From the human T2T-CHM13v2.0 reference genome, Homo sapiens, in assembly GCA_009914755.4 (NCBI GenBank), contig CP068257.2, positions 10,784,001-10,848,000 of the forward strand: a stretch of DNA of 64,000 nucleotides, in the 5' to 3' direction. Made by a program: the position numbers and the translations under genes. Of this stretch, positions 48,056-61,300 are shown one piece after another. The notes under the pieces were generated by a model, which saw only the letters and a program-made list of their open reading frames with translations, did not search any database and was not told the DNA's origin. Position 1 is the first letter of the stretch, and each line of letters begins with the position of its first letter.

Positions 48056-49317
48056 TTATATACTGTACATAAAATATAAACTACCCCAAATATATATTAT
48101 ATGCTGTATATAAAATATCAAAGTACACAAATTATGTATTATATGCTGTACATAAAATATCAAGGTACCCAAAATATATATTGTAAACTGTAGATAAAAT
48201 ATCAAAGTACCCAAAATATATATTATATATTGTACATAAAATATGAAGGCACATCCAATATATATTATATTCTGTACATAAAATATCAAAGTACACCAAA
48301 TGTATATTATATACTGTACATAAAATATCAAAGTACCCAAAGTGTATATTATATACTGTACATAAAATATGAAGTTTCAACAAATATATTTTATATTCTG
48401 TACATAAAATATCAAAGTACCCAAATTATGTATTATATACTGTACGTAAAATATCAGAGTACCCAAAATATGCATTATATACTGTACATAAAATATGAAA
48501 GTAACAAAAAATTTATAATAAACTGTACATAAAATATCAAAGTACTCAAACTATATATCATATACTGTACATAAAATATCAAAGTACACAAACTGTGTAT
48601 TATTATATACTGTATATAAAATATCAAAGTACCTGAAATATATATTGTATACTGTACATAAAATATCAAAGTACCCAAAGTATCTATTATATACTGTACA
48701 TAAAATATAAACTACCCCAAATATATATTATATGCTGTATATAAAATATCAAAGTACACAAAATATGTATTATATGCTGTACATAAAATATCAAGGTACC
48801 CAAAATATATATTTTAAACTGTAGATAAAATATCAAAGTACCCAAAATATATATTATATATTGTACATAAAATATGAAGGCACATCCAATATATATTATA
48901 TTCTGTACATAAAATATCAAAGTACACCAAATGTATATTATATACTGTACATAAAATATCAAAGTACCCAAAGTGTATATTATATACTGTACATAAAATA
49001 TGAAGTTTCATCAAATATATTTTATATTCTGTACATAAAATATCAAAGTACCCAAATTATGTATTATATACTGTACGTAAAATATCAGAGTACCCAAAAT
49101 ATGCATTATATACTGTACATAAAATATGAAAGTAACAAAACATTTATAATAAACTGTACATAAAATATCAAAGTACTCAAACTATATATCATATACTGTA
49201 CATAAAATATCAAAGTACCCAAACTGTGTATTATTATATACTGTATATAAAATATCAAAGTACCTGAAATATATATTGTTTACTGTACATAAAATATCAA
49301 AGTACCCAAAATATATA
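48056..49317 (+). repeat. near-perfect direct duplication of a 631-bp (15-monomer) block inside the satellite
   Basis: Track ORFs 48056-48340 and 48687-48971 (minus strand, 94 aa each) are identical at 92/94 residues. 48230-48532 and 48861-49163 (plus strand, 100 aa each) are identical at 98/100. Both pairs are offset by exactly 631 bp. Confidence 0.8.
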
Positions 49318-52300
49318 CTATATACTGTACATAAAATATGAAGGTACATCAAATATATATTATATCCTGTACATAAAATATCAAAGTACACCTATTTGAT
49401 ATTGTGTACTGTACATAATATATTAAATCACCCAAATATATATTGTATACTGTATATAAAATATGAAGGTACTTCTAATATATATTATATGTTGCACATA
49501 AAATATCAAAGTACCCAAAGTATGCATTACATACTGTACATAAAATATCAAAGTACACAAATTATATATTATATAATGTACATAAAATATGAAGGTTCAT
49601 CAAATATATTTTATATTCTGTACATAATATATCAAAGTACATCAAATATATATTATATACGGTACATAAAATATCAAAGTACCCAAAATATGTATAATTT
49701 ACTGTACATAAAATATGAAAGTAACCAAACATTTATAATAAACTGTACATAAAATATCAAAGTACTCAATCTACATATTATATACAGTATATAAAATATC
49801 AAAGTACACAAACTGTATATTATATACTATACATAATATATCAAAGTACCCAGAATATATAGCATACTGTACATAAAATATCAAAGTACCCAAAATATAT
49901 ATTGTATTCTGTACACAAAATATGAAGGTACATCAAAGATATATTATATTCTGTACATAAAATGTCAAAGTACACCAAATATATATTAAATGCTGTACAT
50001 AATATATTAAAGTTGCCCATATATACATTATATACTGTACATAAAGTATGCACGTACATCAAATATATAGTATATGCTGCACATAAAATATCAAAGTACC
50101 CAAAGTATGTATTATACACTGTACATAAAATATCAAAGTACCAAAACTATATATTACATACTGTAAATAAAATATGAAGGTACCTCAAATATACATTATA
50201 TTCTGTACATAAAATATCAAAGTACACCAAGTATATACTATATAATCTGCATAAAATATTAAATTACCCAAAATATGTATTGTATTGTGTACATAAAATA
50301 TGAAAGTAACCAAACATTTATAATAAACTCTACATAAAATATCAAAGTACTCAAACTGTATATTATATACTGTACATAAAGTATCAAAGTACCCAAACTG
50401 TGTAGTATATACTGTACATAAAATATCAAGGTACCCAAGATATATATTGTAAACTGTAGATAAAATGTCAAAGTACCCAAAATATATACTATATACTGTA
50501 CATAAAATATGAAGGCACATCCAATATATATTATATTCTGTACATAAAATATCAAAGTACACCAAATGTATATTATACACTGTACATAAATTATAAAAGT
50601 ACCCCAAATATATATTATATACTCTACATAAAATATCAAAGTACCCAAAATATATATTATATACTGTACATAAAATATCAAAGTACCCATAGTATGTATT
50701 ATATCCTGTACATAAAATATGAAGGTACATCAAATATATATTCTATTCTGCACATAAAATATCATATTACAACAAATATATATTGTATACTGTATATAAA
50801 ATATGAAGGTACTTCAAATATATATTATATGCTTCACATAAAATATCAAAGTACCCAAAGTATGCATTATATACTGTACATAAAATATCAAAGTACCCAA
50901 AGTGTATATTATATACTGTACATAAAATATGAAGGTTCATCAAATATATTTTATATTCTGCACATAATATATCAAAGTACATCAAATATATATTATATAC
51001 TGTACATAAAATATGAAAGTATCAAAAATATGTATTATATACTGTACATAAAATATGAAAGTAACCAAATATTTATAATAAACTCTACATAAAATATCAA
51101 AGTACTCAAACTACATATTATATACAGTATATAAAATATCAAAGTACCCAAACTGTATATTATATACTGTACATACTATATCAAAGTACCCGAATATATA
51201 GCATACTGTACATAAAATATCAAAGTACCCAAAATATATATTGTATACTGTACATGAAATATGATGGTACATCAAAGATATATTCTGTACATAAAATATC
51301 AAAGTACACCAAATATATATTATATGCTGTACATAATATATTAAAGTTGACCAAATATATATTACATACTGTACATAAAATATGAAGGTACATCAAATAT
51401 ATATTATATGCTGCACATAAAATATCAAAGTACCCAAAGTATGTGTTATATACTGTAAATAAAATATCAAAGTACCCAAAGTATATATTATATACTGTAC
51501 ATAAAATATAAAATACCCCAAATATATATTTTATGCTATACATAAAATATCAAAGTACACAAAATATGTATTATATACTGAGCATAAAATATCAAAGGAC
51601 CCAAAATATATATTATATACTGTACATAAAATATCAAAATACCCAAAATATATATTATATACTGTACATAAAATACCAAAGTACCCAAAGTATATATTAT
51701 ATACCGTACAAAAAATATCAAAGTAGCCAAAATATGTATTATACACTGTACATAATATATGAAAGTACCCAAACATTTATAATAAACTGTACATAAAATA
51801 TCAATGTACTCAAACTATATATTATGTGCGGTACATAAGATATCAAAGTACCCATACTATATAGTATGTACTGTACTTAAAATATCAAAATACCCAAAAT
51901 ATATATTATATACGTTACATAAACTATCAAATACACAAAGTATGTATTATATACTGTACATAAAATAGCAAAGTTCCCAAAATATGTATTATATACTGTA
52001 CATAAAATATGAAAGTACCCAACCATTTATAATAAACTCTACATAAAATACCAAAGTACCCAAACTGTGTATTATATACTGTCCATAAATTATCAAAGTA
52101 CCCAAAATATATATTGAAAACTGTACATAAAATATCAAAGTAGCCAAAATGTATATTGTATACTGTACATAAAATATAAACGTACCCCAAATATATATTA
52201 TATACTGTACATAAAATATCAAAGTACCCATAATACATATTATATACTGTACATAAAATATCAAAGGACCCAAAATAAACATTATATACTGTACATAAAA

Positions 52301-55300
52301 TATCCAAATACTCAAAATATATATTACATACTGTACATAAAATATCAAAGTACCCAAATTATGTATTATATACTGTACGTAAAATATCAGAGTACCCAAA
52401 ATATGCATTGTATACTGTACATAAAATATGAAAGTAGCAAAACATTTATAATAAACTGTACATAAAATATCAAAGTACTAAAACTATATATCATGTACTG
52501 TACATAAAATATCAAAGTACCCAAACTGTGTATTATTATATACTGTCCATAAAATATCAAAGTACCTAAAATATTTATTGCATACTGTACATAAAATATC
52601 AAAGTACCCAAAATATATACTATATACTGTACATAAAATATGAAGGTACATCAAATATATATTATATCCTGTACATAAAATATCAAAGTACACCTATTAT
52701 ATATTGTGTACTGTACATAATATATTAAATCACCCAAATATATATTGTATACTGTATATAAAATATGAAGTTACTTCAAATATATATTATATGCCGCACA
52801 TAAAATATCAAAGTACCCATAGTATGCATTACATACTGTACATAAAATATCAAAGTACACAAATTATATATTATATAATGTACATAAAATATGAAGGTTC
52901 ATAAAATATACTTTATATTCTGTACATAATATATCAAAGTACATCAAATATATATTATATACGGTACATAAAATATCAAAGTACCCAAAATATGTATTAT
53001 TTACTGTACATATAATATGAAAGTAACCAAACATTTATAATAAACTGTACATGAAATATCAAAGTACTCAATCTACATATTATATACAGTATATAAAATA
53101 TCAAAGTACACAAACTGTATATTATATACTGTACATAATATATCAAAGTACCCAGAATATAGAGCATACTGTACATAAAATATCAAAGTACCCAAAATGT
53201 ATATTGTATGCTGTACATAAAATATGAAGGTACATCAAAGATATATTATATTCTGTACATAAAATATCAAAGTACACCAAATATATATTATGTGCTGTAC
53301 ATAATATATTAAAGTTACCCATGTATATATTTTATACTGTACATAAAATATGAAGGTACATCAAATATATAGTATATGCTGCACATAAAATATCAAAGTA
53401 CCCAAAGTATGTATTATATACTGTACATAAAATATCAAAGTACCAAAAGTATATATTACTTACTGTAAATAAAATATGAAAGTACCTCAAATATATATTA
53501 TATTCTGTACATAAAATATCAAAGTAGACCAACTATATACTATATACTCTACATAAAATATTAAATTACCCGACATATGTATTGTATTGTGTACATAAAA
53601 TATGAAAGTAACCAAACATTTATAATAAACTGTACATAAAATATCAAAGTACTCAAACTGTATATTATATACTGTACATAAAGTATCAAACTACCCAAAC
53701 TGTGTAGTATATACTGTACATAAAATATCAAGGTACCCAAAATGTATACTGTAAACTGTAGATAAAATATCAAAGCACCCAAAATATATATTATATACTG
53801 TACATAAAATATGAAGGCACATCCAATATATATTATATTCTGTACATAAAATATCAAAGTACACCAAATGTATATTATATACTATACATAAAATACAAAA
53901 GTACCCCAAATATATATTATCTACTCTACATAAAATATCAAAGTACCCAAAATATATATTATATACTGTACATAAAATATCAAAGTACCCATAGTATGTA
54001 TTATATCCTGTACATAAAATATGAAGGTACATCAAATATATATTCTATTCTGCACATAAAATATCATATTACACCAAATATATATTGTATACTGTATATA
54101 AAATATGAAGGTACTTCAAATATATATTATATGCTGCACATAAAATATCAAAGTACCCAAAGTATGCATTATATACTGTACATAAAATATCAAAGTACCC
54201 AAAGTGTATATTATACACTGGACATAAAATATGAAGGTTCATCAAATACATTTTATATTCTGCACATAATATATCAAAGTACATCAAATATATATTATAT
54301 ACTGTACATAAAATATCAAAGTACCAAAAATATGTATTATATACTGTACATAAAATATGAAAGTAACCAAATATTTATAATAAACTCTACATAAAATATC
54401 AAAGTACTCAAACTACATATTATATACAGTATATAAAATATCAAAGTACCCAAACTGTATATTATATACTGTACATACTATATCAAAGTACCCAAATATA
54501 TAGCATACTGTACATAAAATATCAAAGTACCCATAATATATATTGTATACTGTACATGAAATATGAGGGTACATCAAAGATATATTATATTCTGTACATA
54601 AAATATCAAAGTACACCAAATATATATGATATGCTGTACATAATATATTAAAGTCGAACAAATATATATTACATACTGTATATAAAATATGAAGGTACAT
54701 CAAATATATATTATATGCTGCACATAAAATATCAAAGTACCCAAAGTATGTATTATATACTGTACATAAAATACCAAAGTACCCAAAGTATATATTATAT
54801 ACCGTACAAAAAATATCAAAGTAGCCAAAATATGTATTGTACACTGTACATAATATATGAAAGTACCCAAACATTTATAATAAACTGTACATAAAATATC
54901 AATGTACTCAAACTATATATTATGTGCGGTACATAAGATATCAAAGTACCCATACTATATAGTATGTACTGTACTTAAAATGTCAAAATACCCAAAATAT
55001 ATATTATATACGTTACATAAACTATCAAATACACAAAGTATGTATTATATACTGTACATAAAATAGCAAAGTTCCCAAAATATGTATTATATACTGTACA
55101 TAAAATATGAAAGTACCCAACCATTTATAATAAACTCTACATAAAATACCAAAGTACCCAAACTGTGTATTATATACTGTCCATAAATTATCAAAGTACC
55201 CAAAATATATATTGAAAACTGTACATAAAATATCAAAGTAGCCAAAATGTATATTGTATACTGTACATAAAATATAAACATACCCCAAATATATATTATA

Positions 55301-58300
55301 TACTGTACATAAAACATCAAAGTACCCATAATACATATTATATACTGTACATAAAATATCAAAGGACCCAAAATAAACATTATATACTGTACATAAAATA
55401 TCCAAATACTCAAAATATATATTACATACTGTACATAAAATATCAAAGTACCCAAATTATGTATTATATACTGTACGTAAAATATCAGAGTACCCAAAAT
55501 ATGCATTGTATACTGTACATAAAATATGAAAGTAGCAAAACATTTATAATAAACCGTACATAAAATATCAAAGTACTAAAACTATATATCATATACTGTA
55601 CATAAAATATCAAAGTACCCAAACTGTGTATTATTATATACTGTCCATAAAATATCAAAGTACCTAAAATATATATTGCATACTGTACATAAAATATCAA
55701 AGTACCCAAAATATATACTATATACTGTACATAAAATATGAAGGTACATCAAATATATATTATATCCTGTACATAAAATATCAAAGTACACCTATTATAT
55801 ATTGTGTACTGTACATAATATATTAAATCACCCAAATATATATTGTATACTGTATATAAAATATGAAGGTACTTCAAATATATATTATATGCTGCACATA
55901 AAATATCAAAGTACCCAAAGTATGCATTACATACTGTACATAAAATATCAAAGTACACAAATTATATATTATATAATGTACATAAAATATGAAGGTTCAT
56001 AAAATATACTTTATATTCTGTACATAATATATCAAAGTACATCAAATATATATTATATACGGTACATAAAATATCAAAGTACCCAAAATATGTATTATTT
56101 ACTGTACATAAAATATGAAAGTAACCAAACATTTATAATAAACTGTACATAAAATATCAAAGTACTCAATCTACATATTATATACAGTATATAAAATATC
56201 AAAGTACACAAACTGTATATTATATACTGTACATAATATATCAAAGTACCCAGAATATATAGCATACTGTACATAAAATATCAAATTACCCAAAATATAT
56301 ATTGTATACTGTACATAAAATATAAAGGTACATCAAAGATATATTATATTCTGTACATAAAATATCAAATTACACCAAATATATATTATATGCTGTACCT
56401 AATATATTAAAGTTGCCCATATATACATTATATACTGTACATAAAATATGAACGTACATCAAATATATAGTATATGCTGCACATAAAATATCAAAGTACC
56501 CAAAGTATGTATTATACACTGTACATAAAATATCAAAGTACCAAAAGTATATATTACATACTGTAAATAAAATATGAAGGTACCTCAAATATATATTAAA
56601 TTCTGTACATAAAATATCAAAGTCCACCAAGTATATACTATATACTCTGCAGAAAATATTAAATTACCCAAAATATGTATTGTATTGTGTACATAAAATA
56701 TGAAAGTAACCAAACATTTATAATAAACTGTACATAAAGTATCAAAGTACTCAAACTACATATTATATACAGTATATAAAATGTCAAAGTACCCAAACTG
56801 TATATTATATACTGTACATAATATATCAAAGTACCCAAATATATAGCATACTGTACATAAAATATCAAAGTACCCAAAATATATATTGTATACTGTACAT
56901 AAAATATGAAGGTACATCAAAGATATATTATATTCTGTACATAACATATCAAAGTACACCAAATATATATTATATGCTGTACATAATATATTAAAGTCGA
57001 CCAAATATATATTACATACTGTACATAAAATATGAAGGTACATCAAATATATATTATATGCTGCACATAAAATATCAAAGTACCCAAAGTATGTATTATA
57101 TACTGTACATAAAATATCAAAGTACCCAAAGTATATATTATATACTGTACATAAAATATAAAATACCCCAAATATATATTATATGCTGTACATAAAATAT
57201 CAAAGTACACAAAATATGTATTATGTAGTGTACATACAATATCAAAGGACCCAAAATATATATTATATACTGTACATAAAATATCAAAATACCCAAAATA
57301 TATATTATATACTGTACATAAAATACCAAAGTACCCAAAGTATATATTATATACCATAGAAAAAATATCAAAGTAGCCAAAATATGTATTATACACTGTA
57401 CATAATATATGAAAGTACCCAAACATTTATAATAAACTGTACATAAAATATCAATGTACTCAAACTATGTATTATGTGCGGTACATAACATATCAAAGTA
57501 CCCATACTATATAGTATATACTGTACATAAAATATCAAAGGTCCCAAAATAAACATTATATACTGTACATAAAATATCCAAATACCCAAAATATATATTA
57601 CATACTGTACATAAAATATCAAAGTACCCAAATTATGTATTATATACTGTACGTAAAATATCAGAGTACCCAAAATATGCATTATATACTGTACATAAAA
57701 TATGAAAGTAACAAAACATTTATAATAAACTGTACATAAAATATCAAAGTACTAAAACTATATATCATATACTGTACATAAAATATCAAAGTACCCAAAC
57801 TGTGTATTATTATATACTGTCCATAAAATATCAAAGTACCTGAAATATGTATTGCATACTGTACATAAAATATCAAAGTACCCAAAATATATACTATATA
57901 CTGTACATAAAATATGAAGGTACATCAAATATATATTATATCCTGTACATAAAATATCAAAGTACACCTATTATATATTGTGTACTGTACATAATATATT
58001 AAATCACCCAAATATATATTGTATACTGTATATAAAATATGAAGGTACTTCAAATATATATTATATGCTGCACATAAAATATCAAAGTACCCAAAGTATG
58101 CATTACATACTGTACATAAAATATCAAAGTACACAAAGTGTATATTATATACTGTACATAAAATATGTAGGTTCATCAAATATATTTTATATTCTGTACA
58201 TAATATATCAAAGTACATCAAATATATATTATATATGGTACATAAAATATCAAATTACCCAAAATATGTATTATTTACTGTGCATAAAATATGAAAGTAA

Positions 58301-61300
58301 CCAAACATTTATAATAAACTGTACATAAAATATCAAAGTACTCAATCTACGTATTATATACAGTATATAAAATGTCAAAGTACACAAACTGTATATTATA
58401 TACTGTACATAATATATCAAAGTACCCAGAATATATAGCATACTGTACATAAAATATCAAATTAGCCAAAATATATATTGTATACTGTACATAAAATATG
58501 AAGGTACATCAAAGATATATTATATTCTGTACATAAAATATCAAAGTACACCAAATATATATTATATGCTGTACATAATATATTAAAGTTGCCCATGTAT
58601 ACATTTTATACTGTACATAAAATATGAAGGTACATCAAATATATAGTATATGCTGCACATAAAATATCAAAGTACCCAAAGTATGTAATATATACTGTAC
58701 ATAATATATCAAAGTACCAAAAGTATATATTACATACTGTAAATAAAATATGAAGGTACCTCAAATATACATTATATTCTGTACATAAAATATCAAAGTA
58801 CACCAAATATATACTATATACTGTACATAAAATATTAAATTACCCAAAATATGTATTGTATTGTGTACATAAAATATGAAAGTAACCAATCATTTATAAT
58901 AAAATGTACATAAAATATCAAAGTACTCAAACTGTATATTATATACTGTACATAAAGTATCAAAGTACCCAAACTGTGTAGTATATACTGTACATAAAAT
59001 ATCAAGGTACCCAAGATATATATTGTAAACTGTAGATAAAATATCAAAGTACCCAAAATATATATTATATACTGTACATAAAATATGAAGGCACATCCAA
59101 TATATATTATATTCTGTACATAAAATATCAAAGTACACCAAATGTATATTATACACTGTACATAAATTATAAAAGTACCCCAAATATATATTATATACTC
59201 TACATAAAATATCAAAGTACCCAAAATATATATTATATACTGTACATAAAATATCAAAGTACCCATAGTATGTATTATATCCTGTACATAAAATATGAAG
59301 GTACATCAAATATATATTCTATTCTGCACATAAAATATCATATTACACCAAATATATATTGTATACTGTATATAAAATATGAAGGTACTTCAAATATATA
59401 TTATATGCTTCACATAAAATATCAAAGTACCCAAAGTATGCATTATATACTGTACATAAAATATCAAAGTACCCAAAGTGTATATTATATACTGTACATA
59501 AAATATGAAGGTTCATCAAATATATTTTATATTCTGCACATAATATATCAAAGTACATCAAATATATATTATATACTGTACATAAAATATCAAAGTATCA
59601 AAAATATGTATTATATACTGTACATAAAATATGAAAGTAACCAAATATTTATAATAAACTCTACATAAAATATCAAAGTACTCAAACTACATATTATATA
59701 CAGTATATAAAATATCAAAGTACCCAAACTGTATATTATATACTGTACATACTATATCAAAGTACCCGAATATATAGCATACTGTACATAAAATATCAAA
59801 GTACCCAAAATATATATTGTATACTGTACATGAAATATGATGGTACATCAAAGATATATTATATTCTGTACATAAAATATCAAAGTACACCAAATATATA
59901 TTATATGCTTTACATAATATATTAAAGTTGACCAAATATATATTACATACTGTACATAAAATATGAAGGTACATCAAATATATATTATATGCTGCACATA
60001 AAATATCAAAGTACCCAAAGTATGTGTTATATACTGTAAATAAAATATCAAAGTACCCAAAGTATATATTATATACTGTACATAAAATATAAAATACCCC
60101 AAATATATATTTTATGCTGTACATAAAATATCAAAGTACACAAAATATGTATTATATACTGAGCATAAAATATCAAAGGACCCATAATATATATTATATA
60201 CTGTACATAAAATATCAAAATACCCAAAATATATATTATATACTGTACATAAAATACCAAAGTACCCAAAGTATATATTATATACCGTACAAAAAATATC
60301 AAAGTAGCCAAAATATGTATTATACACTGTACATAATATATGAAAGTACCCAAACATTTATAATAAACTGTACATAAAATATCAATGTACTCAAACTATA
60401 TATTATGTGCGGTACATAAGATATCAAAGTACCCATACTATATAGTATGTACTGTACTTAAAATATCAAAATACCCAAAATATATATTATATACGTTACA
60501 TAAACTATCAAATACACAAAGTATGTATTATATACTGTACATAAAATAGCAAAGTTCCCAAAATATGTATTATATACTGTACATAAAATATGAAAGTACC
60601 CAACCATTTATAATAAACTCTACATAAAATACCAAAGTACCCAAACTGTGTATTATATACTGTCCATAAATTATCAAAGTACCCAAAATATATATTGAAA
60701 ACTGTACATAAAATATCAAAGTAGCCAAAATGTATATTGTATACTGTACATAAAATATAAACGTACCCCAAATATATATTATATACTGTACATAAAATAT
60801 CAAAGTACCCATAATACATATTATATACTGTACATAAAATATCAAAGGACCCAAAATAAACATTATATACTGTACATAAAATATCCAAATACTCAAAATA
60901 TATATTACATACTGTACATAAAATATCAAAGTACCCAAATTATGTATTATATACTGTACGTAAAATATCAGAGTACCCAAAATATGCATTGTATACTGTA
61001 CATAAAATATGAAAGTAGCAAACCATTTATAATAAACTGTACATATAATATCAAAGTACTTAAACTATATATCATATACTGTACATAAAATATCAAAGTA
61101 CCCAAACTGTGTATTATTATATACTGTCCATAAAATATCAAAGTACCTAAAATATATATTGCATACTGTACATAAAATATCAAAGTACCCAAAATATATA
61201 CTCTATACTGTACATAAAATATGAAGGAACATCAAATATATATTATATCCTGTACATAAAATATCAAAGTACACCTATTATATATTGTGTACTGTACATA

